A stretch of DNA of 64,000 bases from Candidatus Hodarchaeota archaeon. GTDB taxonomy: Archaea; Asgardarchaeota; Heimdallarchaeia; Hodarchaeales; Hodarchaeaceae. The first letter of the stretch is position 1. Each line of letters starts with the position of its first letter. The stretch covers positions 1-64,000 of the forward strand of contig JAEOTC010000077.1 in assembly GCA_016840035.1 (NCBI GenBank), written 5' to 3'. The notes under the pieces were generated by a model. That model was not told the DNA's origin and searched no databases. It saw nothing but the letters and a program-made list of their open reading frames with translations. The position numbers were made by a program, and so were the translations under genes. This document shows positions 54,236-63,930 of the stretch, piece after piece.

Positions 54236-57136
54236 ATGGTTTCTGGCAAGAAAGAGGTAATTTCTGTCCAAAATGCCCGAGTTCATAATCTCCGTAACTT
54301 ATCTGTCGAAATTCCTCATAATCAACTCGTTGTGATCACAGGTGTTTCTGGTAGTGGGAAATCAAGCTTGGCATTTGATGTCATCTTCGCAGAAGGACAA
54401 AGACGTTATGTAGAGTCATTATCTGCCTATGCACGACAATTCCTTGGTAGAATGCAGAAACCTGATGTTGATCATATAGAGGGATTAAGTCCAGCTGTTA
54501 GTATTGAGCAAAAGACTACAAGCAGAAATCCTCGTTCCACTGTTGGTACTCAGACAGAAATTTACGATTACCTCCGTCTTCTTTATGCAAATGTAGGAAT
54601 TCCTCATTGCACTTCGTGTGGGAAAGAACTTAAGATTCAAACTCCTCAATCAATTGCAAGGATGATTCGGTCATGGGAAGAAGGAACACGCATCAAAATA
54701 CTTGCCCCTATCATTCGTGGAAAGAAAGGAACCCATCATACACAATGGGATCGATTGACAGAATTAGGATATGCACGAGTTAGGGTAGATAATGAAGAAT
54801 ATGAGCTAACAGACCCTCCAAAACTTGATAGATACAAGATTCACACTATTGAAGTAATTATTGACCGATTAATCATTAATGACCACTTGTCTAAATCACG
54901 GCTTATTGAAGCAATTGAGCAAGCCCTTGCATTAGGGGAGGGCTTACTTATTGTTACCAAGATCGAAAATGGTACAAAAAAGTCGATTGATAACTTATTT
55001 TCAGAAAACTATGCCTGTGCTGATTGTTCTCTTTCATTTGAAGAATTAAAACCCAGAAATTTTAGTTTCAATTCTCCTTGGGGAAGTTGTCCAGAGTGTC
55101 AGGGTCTGGGAAAAACGCTGAAAATCGATCCTGATCTAATTATTACCAATAAAGATTTAAGTTTCCGAACAGGCGCCTTTATGGATAGACCATTAGAGCC
55201 CGGGACGTGGAGGTATTCCTACTACACTGCTCTCGATAAAGCTTGGGATGATTTTTCTGTAGACACCCCTGTTAAAGATCTATCTGATGATGTAATCGAA
55301 AGACTACTTCATGGATCCAAAGGGGATATTAGTATCGTTTTTGAATCAGATAAGAGTCGATGGGAGTCAAAAAAGCATCATCACGAAGGTCTCGTAAATA
55401 CGATTTGGCGTCGTTACCGTGAAACGAAATCTGATGGCTCACGAAGATATTATGAAACCTTAATGCGAAAAGATTCTTGTGAAACCTGCCAGGGAAAGCG
55501 ACTAAAACCATCCAGCTTAGCAGTGACTATCAATGATAAAAATATTGTTGACATCAGTAATACTACAGTTGAGCAATGCTTAGATTGGATCGAGGAAACG
55601 CGGGGAGGGTTATCAAAAACTCATCTAAAAATTGCAACGAATATATTAAGAGAAATAGAAAGTAGATTAATGTTTCTTATTTCTGTAGGATTACCGTATT
55701 TGACATTGGATCGCGCATCGATGACATTGTCTGGAGGGGAATCACAGCGCATTCGACTGGCAACTCAAATCGGTTCAGCGTTAGTTGGAGTAACTTACGT
55801 CTTAGATGAACCCAGTATCGGATTACACGCAAGAGATCAAAATAAACTACTTGAATCTTTGAAAAACTTACGTGCCATCGGTAATACTGTGATAGCAGTT
55901 GAACATGATCACCAAACTATTCTATCAGCAGATCATGTTATTGATCTCGGCCCTGGTCCAGGAATTCATGGAGGGACTCTAGTCGCCCAGGGCTCCCCTG
56001 AAGTAATTCTTAACTCCCCAAACTCTCTAACAGGAGCTTATCTATCGGGAAAAAAAGTTATTGCAATTCCAAAATCTCGTCTCAATGGAAATGGGAAAAA
56101 GATCTCCATATTTGGAGCTAAAGAGAACAATTTGAAGAATATCGATGTGGATTTTCCTCTTGGCAGATTTATTTGTTTAACAGGAGTATCAGGTTCAGGT
56201 AAATCGACTTTAATGAATGAAACTCTCTATAAAGGCTTAATGAAGTACTTACACGGTTCAAAAACACGTGTAGGAAGTCATGAGAAGTTTATTGGACTTG
56301 AGTATGTTGATAAAGTTATTAACATTGATCAAAGTCCTATAGGTAGAACTCCCAGAAGTAACCCAGCCACCTATACAGGAGTGTGGGATCATATTCGTCA
56401 ATTATTTACCCAAGTAAAGGAGTCTAAACTTCGGGGATATAAACCAGGACGATTTTCGTTTAATGTGAAAGGAGGAAGATGTGAAAAATGCCGTGGAGGA
56501 GGCCAAATTAAAATTGAACTTTCATTTTTACCTGATGTATGGATAACTTGTGAAGATTGCAAAGGTAAGCGGTATAATTCAGAAACGCTTGAAATCCGTT
56601 ATAAAGGTAAGAACATTTCCGATATCCTAAATCTAACCGTTGAGGAAGGATTGGAATTCTTCGAAAAAATCCCCCCGATTAAGAAAAAATTACAAACCAT
56701 TGTTGATGTAGGACTTGGGTATATCCAAATTGGTCAAGCAGCGACAACGCTTTCTGGCGGTGAAGCTCAAAGGGTCAAGTTAGCAAAAGAATTATCAAAG
56801 AAATCTACAGGAAAAACATTTTACATCTTAGATGAACCAACTACTGGTCTTTCCACACATGATATATCTTTTCTTCTGGCAGTTTTACAAAGACTTGTGA
56901 AAGAAGGAAATACTGTTGTAGTCATCGAACACAACCTTGATGTGATCAAAACCTGTGACTGGATCGTAGAGTTAGGCCCTGAGGGTGGTGATAATGGAGG
57001 AATGGTTCTAGCAACAGGAACTCCAGAGAAAATCGCTCAAGTCGACTGTCCTACAGGGTTGTTTTTACGAGAGATTCTGGAAGTTTACTCTACAAGCACT
57101 TCACAGAAAAAAAACAAGGTTAAAACTACTGATTAA
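54236..57136 (+). CDS. uvrA: Excinuclease ABC subunit A
   Basis: ARVHNL, TGVSGSGKSSLAFD, EGQRRYVESLS, two ABC domains with LSGGE, Zn fingers, IDQSPIGRTPRSNPATY. Confidence 0.97.
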   Translation: MVSGKKEVISVQNARVHNLRNLSVEIPHNQLVVITGVSGSGKSSLAFDVIFAEGQRRYVESLSAYARQFLGRMQKPDVDHIEGLSPAVSIEQKTTSRNPRSTVGTQTEIYDYLRLLYANVGIPHCTSCGKELKIQTPQSIARMIRSWEEGTRIKILAPIIRGKKGTHHTQWDRLTELGYARVRVDNEEYELTDPPKLDRYKIHTIEVIIDRLIINDHLSKSRLIEAIEQALALGEGLLIVTKIENGTKKSIDNLFSENYACADCSLSFEELKPRNFSFNSPWGSCPECQGLGKTLKIDPDLIITNKDLSFRTGAFMDRPLEPGTWRYSYYTALDKAWDDFSVDTPVKDLSDDVIERLLHGSKGDISIVFESDKSRWESKKHHHEGLVNTIWRRYRETKSDGSRRYYETLMRKDSCETCQGKRLKPSSLAVTINDKNIVDISNTTVEQCLDWIEETRGGLSKTHLKIATNILREIESRLMFLISVGLPYLTLDRASMTLSGGESQRIRLATQIGSALVGVTYVLDEPSIGLHARDQNKLLESLKNLRAIGNTVIAVEHDHQTILSADHVIDLGPGPGIHGGTLVAQGSPEVILNSPNSLTGAYLSGKKVIAIPKSRLNGNGKKISIFGAKENNLKNIDVDFPLGRFICLTGVSGSGKSTLMNETLYKGLMKYLHGSKTRVGSHEKFIGLEYVDKVINIDQSPIGRTPRSNPATYTGVWDHIRQLFTQVKESKLRGYKPGRFSFNVKGGRCEKCRGGGQIKIELSFLPDVWITCEDCKGKRYNSETLEIRYKGKNISDILNLTVEEGLEFFEKIPPIKKKLQTIVDVGLGYIQIGQAATTLSGGEAQRVKLAKELSKKSTGKTFYILDEPTTGLSTHDISFLLAVLQRLVKEGNTVVVIEHNLDVIKTCDWIVELGPEGGDNGGMVLATGTPEKIAQVDCPTGLFLREILEVYSTSTSQKKNKVKTTD

Positions 57137-57248
57137 GGTTTTAAGCGTTTTAATTTCAACTTAAATTAACCATTGATTCTTTTTCTTGAGAATAGAGTAT
57201 TTCATAAACAATCGTTTTTATGGTATGTGTGTAAGAATTTGAATTAGA

Positions 57249-58400
57249 GTGAAGAAAAAGGTCTGCCTCCTAATGACTCAAGATAATCCAACAAAGACAT
57301 TCGATGAAACAGATTTACTGTCATTTAACGAGATAAAACGATTAACAGATCTGGTTTTTGTCCCCTCAGGTTATATCGTTCAATTGAAGAACCTAAAAAA
57401 TGAAATCCTCTGGGAAGATCCTCAAATCGTAAAGATAAGGGGTGACCAAAGAAATCAGAATTGTTACAAGGTTAATTTCGGAAGAGATTATCCATGCCCA
57501 CATTGTTCCGCAATGGACAGCATTGAAAAAATGAAACCTATGATAAAAGAAGATAGAAGCCTCATCGATGGAAAATGGTATCGTGTCATTGCCCTTCCAA
57601 TAACATATCAAGGAAAGATTGCCGCTATAGAACTCATACAAGATATTACTTCAGAAAGGCATCAAAGGCAATTATTTGATTCTCTAGCATCGAAAGACTC
57701 TTTAGTATTAAATATTATTAGACATGATATTCCAAATTACTTGAATATAATAAATATGGCCTTAGAAAGTCTTGAATTGACAAATAAATTAGGAGAAAAA
57801 GAAAAATCATTTTTAAAGATAGCTCAATCTAATACCACACATACAATTTCCATTTTGGAAGAATTACGAGATTTAAGTAGACTAGAAGATCCAATGGGAA
57901 AATTAGAGAAAATTGAAATAATAACAACTCTTGAAGATTGTATCAAAGAAATATCTTCTATGTTCCCTGAAAAGACTTTACAGCCTGAATTTAATATAGA
58001 AGTTCCAAGAAATAATACAATAATCTGGGCTAATAAATTATTGGCAGAAATATTCTTAAATGTCTTAACAAATGCAATAAAATTCACAGAAAGTTCACTA
58101 GTTGAAGTTAAGATTCAAATTACTGATTTCATTGATGAGCGTGAATACATTCAAATAAAATTTGATGATTTCGGGAGTGGTATTCCTCCAGAGATTATTG
58201 AAGTTTTATTCAACAGAGCGGAGAGATTAAAAAGAGGATGGAAAGCAAAAAAGGGTTCTACTGGACTTGGAGTTACAATAATTAAATCTCTCGTTGATAT
58301 TTTCGGTGGAGAAGTATTTTTTCTTAATAGAGTTAAGGAAGATTGGACTAAGGGAACTTCAGTAATACTCCGTTTTCCCCAAGTAATTAAAAGAACGTGA
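57249..58400 (+). CDS. Cytoplasmic sensor histidine kinase with Cys-containing PAS-like domain
   Basis: CYKVNFGRDYPCPHC, PAC-like ELIQDIT; H-box RHDIPNYL, N-box NVLTNAIKF, DDFGSGI, TGLG. Confidence 0.88.
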   Translation: MKKKVCLLMTQDNPTKTFDETDLLSFNEIKRLTDLVFVPSGYIVQLKNLKNEILWEDPQIVKIRGDQRNQNCYKVNFGRDYPCPHCSAMDSIEKMKPMIKEDRSLIDGKWYRVIALPITYQGKIAAIELIQDITSERHQRQLFDSLASKDSLVLNIIRHDIPNYLNIINMALESLELTNKLGEKEKSFLKIAQSNTTHTISILEELRDLSRLEDPMGKLEKIEIITTLEDCIKEISSMFPEKTLQPEFNIEVPRNNTIIWANKLLAEIFLNVLTNAIKFTESSLVEVKIQITDFIDEREYIQIKFDDFGSGIPPEIIEVLFNRAERLKRGWKAKKGSTGLGVTIIKSLVDIFGGEVFFLNRVKEDWTKGTSVILRFPQVIKRT

Positions 58401-58622
58401 TGTAAAGCCTCCTTACCGGAAGTTGATTCTAATTTTCCCTCCAGTTGGGAAGTATTCCGACGAATTCTATATTGGTTTTACCTTTAACATAAGAGATTTA
58501 AAGTACTCAAGAGTGTCTTTAATTGCAAAGCAAGTGTTGAAATAAAAGTCTGAACATCGTTATTCCTTCAAAGGAATAATAAAATTCATAGTCTAAAGCA
58601 TTAGACGGGAAGTGGAAGTTAT

Positions 58623-58640
58623 TCAGTATAAATATACTGA
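58623..58640. promoter_or_regulatory. Perfect inverted repeat overlapping a TATA box
   Basis: TCAGTATA-AA-TATACTGA, containing TATAAATA, ~60-80 bp upstream of ATG 58702. Confidence 0.5.
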
Positions 58641-58701
58641 TACAGACGGTGTTTTTGATAACAACGCTTTAGATAAGTAAAAAATATAGAAGGTATAAAC
58701 T

Positions 58702-58836
58702 ATGAAAAAAATAAATTCAAAATACAATGGAACCGCCAATTTCGGCGCAGTTTTTAATTCACTGTTCGTTTCAGTGAATAACAATCGTCATATTAAACCA
58801 GAACCTTATGTTCCAATTAATATGCGTAGTGCTTAG
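58702..58836 (+). CDS. Putative 44-aa small protein (not in ORF track)
   Basis: MKKINSKYNGTANFGAVFNSLFVSVNNNRHIKPEPYVPINMRSA*; GAAGGT SD-like site, upstream TATA, downstream C5/T-tract. Confidence 0.45.
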   Translation: MKKINSKYNGTANFGAVFNSLFVSVNNNRHIKPEPYVPINMRSA

Positions 58837-58894
58837 AATAATCTAAGCCTTTCAACCCCCAATTTTATTTAGGATCTCTTGTTGAGAGATGAAT

Positions 58895-60256
58895 TTACCA
58901 ATTTCTAATATTATCCATCACAGTAGTAAATTCATTTTCCCATTCAGGAAATTCTTCGGGTGAATTTGGGAATCTCTCAAAAAGATTATCGAATTTCTGT
59001 ACACCTTTTACTATTTTATATAAATTATACAATAGATCATACCTTGGAAATCCTTTCAAGACGATTTTAAGGACTTCACTTCTTCCAAGACTCATTCCAC
59101 CGTGTAAGGTCATAAACTGATCTTGAGATAAAATTTTACGTTTAAATAGATATTCTAATCCTGGTGTTTTCACTTTACGTAGTGCTTCTGTGAACAATTG
59201 TAATTTAGTATGAGATAATCCGAAATCTTTCATGACTGCCACGTTATATCCCCATAGTTGCTCAGCACGTACATCTTGAGCTTTTAAAGCCTCGGACGCG
59301 ACTTTTCCTGCATAATATCCTGCTGCAAGAGCAGGCCCATGTCCTTCCGCAGAGAACGGATTGACATGAAAAGCACTATCTCCAGCGGCTATAAATCCAT
59401 GAGTCACGGCGTTCATTAGTGGATACCGTGTTGGAATTGTATACCCACCTTTATCTTCCACTTCATAGGTTCCTGGAGGATAGTATTTATGCAAAACTTC
59501 TCTAAAAAGCTCCTTCATCCCTTTCTCAACTGACATATCGAGATACCATCCAATACCAATATTTAATCTTTTAGGTCCCTTACTGAAGATCCAAAAATAT
59601 CCAGGTTCAGGAATTTTACCGTCATATATCAAGAGTATTTTCTTTGCATACGGATGGTCTTCTTTTAGACGAATTATTTCACGGTAGGAGGCGGCTACAT
59701 CTCTTTTTTCCATTTTCTTCTCTAAATTGGGAAAAAGGTGAGAAGGAACTGTTTTTCTGATCTGATAATTTCTTCCACTACAATCAATTGTGATGTGTGA
59801 ATGAATCTCATATGGAGTTGTCTCCCCTTTTTTCTTTACTATTGCTCCTTTTACTCCAGTTTCATCTACGATTGCTTTTATTGCCTTAGTTTCTGCGCGT
59901 ACTTCCACACCACTCTCTACTGCCAACTTTAAAAGACGTTGCCCATAAGGATGTCTATTAAGGACGAATCCGTCTCCAAATAATGGAAAAGTTACCTTAT
60001 CAGTTTGGAAAACTAAGGCTTCTACATCATCAGCTACTTCTTCGCCAGATGGGAATTTTATCCCTAGTTCTTTATCCAACATCTTCAGTGGGCCAAGATT
60101 TATCGCATCCCCGCATGTTTTATTTCCTATCTCTTCATATGATTTAGCATCAATCAAAATAACTTTATGGCCATTTTTAGCTGAAGTCAATGCTGAAATA
60201 ACTCCAGCAGGCCCTCCACCGACCACTAAGACATCTGTATTTTCCATAATACCCAC
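58895..60256 (-). CDS. Geranylgeranyl reductase family flavoprotein (DGGR-like)
   Basis: DVLVVGGGPAG, KTCGDA, GYFWIF.KG...NIGIG, AGDSAFHVNP...EG. Confidence 0.88.
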   Translation of the reverse strand: MGIMENTDVLVVGGGPAGVISALTSAKNGHKVILIDAKSYEEIGNKTCGDAINLGPLKMLDKELGIKFPSGEEVADDVEALVFQTDKVTFPLFGDGFVLNRHPYGQRLLKLAVESGVEVRAETKAIKAIVDETGVKGAIVKKKGETTPYEIHSHITIDCSGRNYQIRKTVPSHLFPNLEKKMEKRDVAASYREIIRLKEDHPYAKKILLIYDGKIPEPGYFWIFSKGPKRLNIGIGWYLDMSVEKGMKELFREVLHKYYPPGTYEVEDKGGYTIPTRYPLMNAVTHGFIAAGDSAFHVNPFSAEGHGPALAAGYYAGKVASEALKAQDVRAEQLWGYNVAVMKDFGLSHTKLQLFTEALRKVKTPGLEYLFKRKILSQDQFMTLHGGMSLGRSEVLKIVLKGFPRYDLLYNLYKIVKGVQKFDNLFERFPNSPEEFPEWENEFTTVMDNIRNW

Positions 60257-60343
60257 TATCCCGACAGATTGGGAAAAAGCTATTCTGATTAAAAAGAAAA
60301 TCGATCATCACCCTCGCAATTAATTTCACAAAACTTTTTTAGA

Positions 60344-61444
60344 GTGAAACCTAGAGCTAGACAAATCTCACAGACTATTCTCTTGAGAGATGATATCGGA
60401 GCATATTTTGAAGTGGAATCGGACCAACGACGATTATATCTTAATAATTGGGCATTGATGACTTCAGACGACCGTGTGATGTGGTCTTTTGGAGATATCA
60501 ACCAAGAAAAACAACAAATGACACTCGACTTTATCACGGCTCTATCCAAGCTTGGTCATGAAATTTGGGGAACAGACCAATCAATTGGTACCATTCGGTT
60601 AAGATATGCTACACCTCACCCTAGTCATGCAAGAGAAATTTTGATTATTGATTTACATCGCAAATATAATATTGTGATATCTGATCCACTTGTTACTACA
60701 AGACTTTTACGGAAGATTACGGTAAATGATGCTCAATCTCCGGAGATTGATAATATCCGAAGTATTCTTGCGGGATCTGCAGCAGTTACGTATTCCCAAT
60801 TCTTCTCTGAAGGAAGTTCCATGGAGCCATCTTTAGTGGATGAAATTTTCCAAGAAGCAGTAACTGCTGTTACTTATAATAAGAAAGTAACTGTTGGAAA
60901 CGGAGAATGTTCATTTTCTGCTCTCTCGGTTGAAGAACTCCTCTTTTTCCATGCTTTATTGAAAAATTTATTTGAATCTCATTCCCGTTATTCGAGTTTC
61001 CCTGAAACTCGTCCTTGGGGCGTTGTACATTCTAGCACTGGAGCTCAAGTGTATTTAGAGCATCAACCTCCGATTGACGGTGCTTTAATTAGCGCCTTTT
61101 CCTCGGTTACTGCAGCATACTGCAATCTTCTATTTTCTGCATATCCAGCCCGACTTGTCTTTGGTTATGATGCTTCGTCAGGTATGGAATTTATATCAAC
61201 GACAAACAATATTTTCGTCATAAACAATCCACAGCGTCTTTTAAAACTCCAGAGATTTGTTCGACAATGGAAAAAAGTACCTAAAAATATCAAAGAAGAT
61301 CTCATTCCAGCAATGAAAGCATATTTTGTAGAATTAGCTACCTTAGAGGAGCAACAAAGGCTTAAATCTCTCGAATTTCATCAAGTAATAAATAATTTAA
61401 CACATATGGGAATACGTCGAGCAAGGGAGTACAAAGAACTATAA
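60344..61444 (+). CDS. Hypothetical protein with two predicted longin/roadblock-like domains
   Basis: WALMTSDDRVMW...LDFITALSKLGHEIWG...IGTIRL and WGVVHSSTGAQVY...LISAFSSV..YC..LF...PARLVFG both fit a longin-like pattern. Confidence 0.55.
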   Translation: MKPRARQISQTILLRDDIGAYFEVESDQRRLYLNNWALMTSDDRVMWSFGDINQEKQQMTLDFITALSKLGHEIWGTDQSIGTIRLRYATPHPSHAREILIIDLHRKYNIVISDPLVTTRLLRKITVNDAQSPEIDNIRSILAGSAAVTYSQFFSEGSSMEPSLVDEIFQEAVTAVTYNKKVTVGNGECSFSALSVEELLFFHALLKNLFESHSRYSSFPETRPWGVVHSSTGAQVYLEHQPPIDGALISAFSSVTAAYCNLLFSAYPARLVFGYDASSGMEFISTTNNIFVINNPQRLLKLQRFVRQWKKVPKNIKEDLIPAMKAYFVELATLEEQQRLKSLEFHQVINNLTHMGIRRAREYKEL

Positions 61445-61894
61445 AGCGACCGATATATCAGCAATTAATGGATGAGTACTTTCTATTAGCTCTTCAACGG
61501 ATATAAGTAAATTTTTCCCTTCCTCACCTCCACCTCCATAGACTTTTTGTTGATTTAAAGCCAATTCGTCTAAGATTGTCGGTAATTCAAGACTGATGGG
61601 AGGAACGTCTCCAACGTAGTACCCTGTTTGCTTCTTAACTCTATTAGGCGAAGCTAGTTTAATATCTCGCACAAGTAACAATTTTTTTAACTTGGAGGTT
61701 TTTATTTTCCGATTTCCTTGTAAGATCACAAGATAGTAATTATCTGAAGGGTCTACAACAATAATAGATTTTACAATTTCTTCAATCTTGCATTTTAATA
61801 CTTTACATGTTTCTTCTACTGTTCGTGTAGGTGAATCAACAATAATTAACGATGCACTCAATCCATGTGTTGTAATATAGTCAGATAAATCCAT
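61439..61894 (-). CDS. YbaK/EbsC aminoacyl-tRNA deacylase family
   Basis: TVEE, IVKSII, LAS...V...TGY.VG.VPP, VYGGGG. Confidence 0.88.
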   Translation of the reverse strand: MDLSDYITTHGLSASLIIVDSPTRTVEETCKVLKCKIEEIVKSIIVVDPSDNYYLVILQGNRKIKTSKLKKLLLVRDIKLASPNRVKKQTGYYVGDVPPISLELPTILDELALNQQKVYGGGGEEGKNLLISVEELIESTHPLIADISVAL

Positions 61895-61973
61895 TATTAG
61901 ACCCGAATCAGCTAATGTAAGTAGTGAAATCCACAGGGAGCTTTCTTAAAAATTATGTGAGATATTTCTAAAC

Positions 61974-62534
61974 ATGCTTTTTGGTCAGAATATTTACTTG
62001 CGAGGGTTAGAACTCACAGATCTTCCAGAAATCATGAAATATTGGAATAATCAAGAATTAAAACAATTTTTAAATGCAACTACACCTCATTCAGCTCAGG
62101 AAGAGGAGGAATGGATTCGTAAAACTTGGGAAGAAAGAAAAAATGGGGAATCCTATGTATATGGAATTGTTCTGACTGACTCTGACATCTATATTGGAAA
62201 TGTAGAAGTTAGAATCAAAGACCCAATAAGTCGTCGTGGGAATTTAGGGATAGCAATATTTAATCCAGTTTATTGGGGTAAAGGATTTGGTACGGAGGCA
62301 ATCGAAGTAATGCTCAAATATGCCTTTACAACCCTAAATCTACATTCAGCCGAACTGGAAGTGTTTTCAAATAATCCTCGAGCTCAGAGGTGTTATGAAA
62401 AATGTGGATTCCAGAAATCAGGTGTTCGACGCGAGGCTCTCTTTGTAAATGGGGAATATCGGGATATATTCCTATTAGATATAACAAAAGAAGAATGGAA
62501 AGATAAGAAATCTGAAAATCGCATATCTACTTAG
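61974..62534 (+). CDS. GNAT acetyltransferase, RimJ/RimL family
   Basis: I.LR, YWGKGFGTEA, AF..LNLH, N.RA.RCYEKCGF..G..R. Confidence 0.92.
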   Translation: MLFGQNIYLRGLELTDLPEIMKYWNNQELKQFLNATTPHSAQEEEEWIRKTWEERKNGESYVYGIVLTDSDIYIGNVEVRIKDPISRRGNLGIAIFNPVYWGKGFGTEAIEVMLKYAFTTLNLHSAELEVFSNNPRAQRCYEKCGFQKSGVRREALFVNGEYRDIFLLDITKEEWKDKKSENRIST

Positions 62535-63276
62535 CTTTTTTTGGAATTACTATTGTATTCTGAATGTTAATTAGTTCAGGTCTCTTCTTGTGGAATTGTC
62601 CATAAGTACAGTGGGATTTCAGCTGACAATTTTCACATAATGGCTTAACCTTATTACAAACTTGTTGACTGTGACTAACGATTAGTGCATGAAATTTGCC
62701 TAAAATGAAATAATCTGAGGGAAGGGATTCCGTCATTAATTCCTGAATAACCTCGTACTTTAATTGTAAAAATTTAATTTCTCCGAAAATCCGAGCAAAG
62801 AATCGTCTTGTGTATGTTCCAACAATAGGTACAGGAGAATTGAAACAATAGACTAGCAGGGAGTCTGCAGTTTCCTTTCCAACCCCTTTTATGTTAATTA
62901 ACTCCTTACGTGAGGGAACTCCATCCTTTCTTGAACTATAGCTAGAAAACGCTTTGGATAACGATATCAAGGATCGAGCCTTTTGCTTATAAAATCCTGC
63001 AGGACGTATTAGCTCTTCAAGATGGCCTACTTCAGTTCTAAGAATCTCCTCAAACGAATTGATATTTTCCTTAAATAAATTTGATATAGCAATATCTACA
63101 TTCTTCCAATTTGTATTTTGTACTAGGATTGTACCAATCGCTACCTCAAATATTTCTTGGGTTGATTTCTCTTTTAGCCAAAGCATCCAAGTCTCGTGAT
63201 GTGGTTCAATCCGTACATAGATGGTGGATAACATTTGAAAGAGACTAATGAACTCCAATGCAATCACTTCTCTCAT
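62527..63276 (-). CDS. HhH-GPD DNA glycosylase / endonuclease III-like with [4Fe-4S] motif
   Basis: FEVAIGTILVQNTNW.NV, IRPAGFY.QKA, L..IKGVG.ETADS, FHALIV, C-x6-C-x2-C-x5-C. Confidence 0.88.
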   Translation of the reverse strand: MREVIALEFISLFQMLSTIYVRIEPHHETWMLWLKEKSTQEIFEVAIGTILVQNTNWKNVDIAISNLFKENINSFEEILRTEVGHLEELIRPAGFYKQKARSLISLSKAFSSYSSRKDGVPSRKELINIKGVGKETADSLLVYCFNSPVPIVGTYTRRFFARIFGEIKFLQLKYEVIQELMTESLPSDYFILGKFHALIVSHSQQVCNKVKPLCENCQLKSHCTYGQFHKKRPELINIQNTIVIPKKAK

Positions 63277-63522
63277 TCATGAAGGGGAGGCTGAATCGAT
63301 TTGATTTTGGATGTTCAGTTTACTGACAATGTGTAAGATGCTAACTAGACAAATCAAACTTTACAGTTGTTCTTAAAACGAATTGTTAATAAATCCTCAC
63401 CTCATCCAATATTTGCACACTTGCTTTTTACTTTGAATGACATATTGTCGGATAAAAGTAATGAATAAGTAGCTACTTAGGACGAATTGTCTAGTCAAAT
63501 TCATATATTATGACAAAATGGT

Positions 63523-63930
63523 TTGAATTGTATGTCGAGTCAAGACTCTGAAGTTCAGTTAGAAGTCATCGCTTGGCAAGTGATGATTGTCTCCGTTTTT
63601 CGACATACAGAAAGACAAACTCTAAATTTACTAATATCACTTTTAGGTATTTCATCCCTTGTTGATGCCACCTTTCTGATAGAACAAATATTTGAACTCA
63701 TCAGAAAGGGAATGATCTATATTCCTGAAGCTAGACTGGAGATATTTCACGAGGCACCCGAACTTGTAGATGTTTATCTCATCAAGGATTTTGATGAATC
63801 AATGAAATCTCTTGTCAAAGAACTTGCCGATCTAAGAGTAAAACTGAGTCAGGTTGAAGAAATTATTCCTCAAAAGGTTCTGATAGACTGGAAGAACTAT
63901 ATTGAGGGCAAATACATTAACTCTCGATAG
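63523..63930 (+). CDS. Hypothetical protein (possible winged helix followed by a coiled coil)
   Basis: Clean ORF, IFELIRKGMIY segment; no clear family. Confidence 0.55.
   Translation: MNCMSSQDSEVQLEVIAWQVMIVSVFRHTERQTLNLLISLLGISSLVDATFLIEQIFELIRKGMIYIPEARLEIFHEAPELVDVYLIKDFDESMKSLVKELADLRVKLSQVEEIIPQKVLIDWKNYIEGKYINSR

Noticed and set aside
437-60549. Many 60-180 aa ORFs in the track that overlap longer genes on the opposite strand or in another frame (e.g. 14982..15395, 25076..25627, 46686..47057)
   Set aside because: They lie within well-supported genes and show no motifs; they are shadow ORFs
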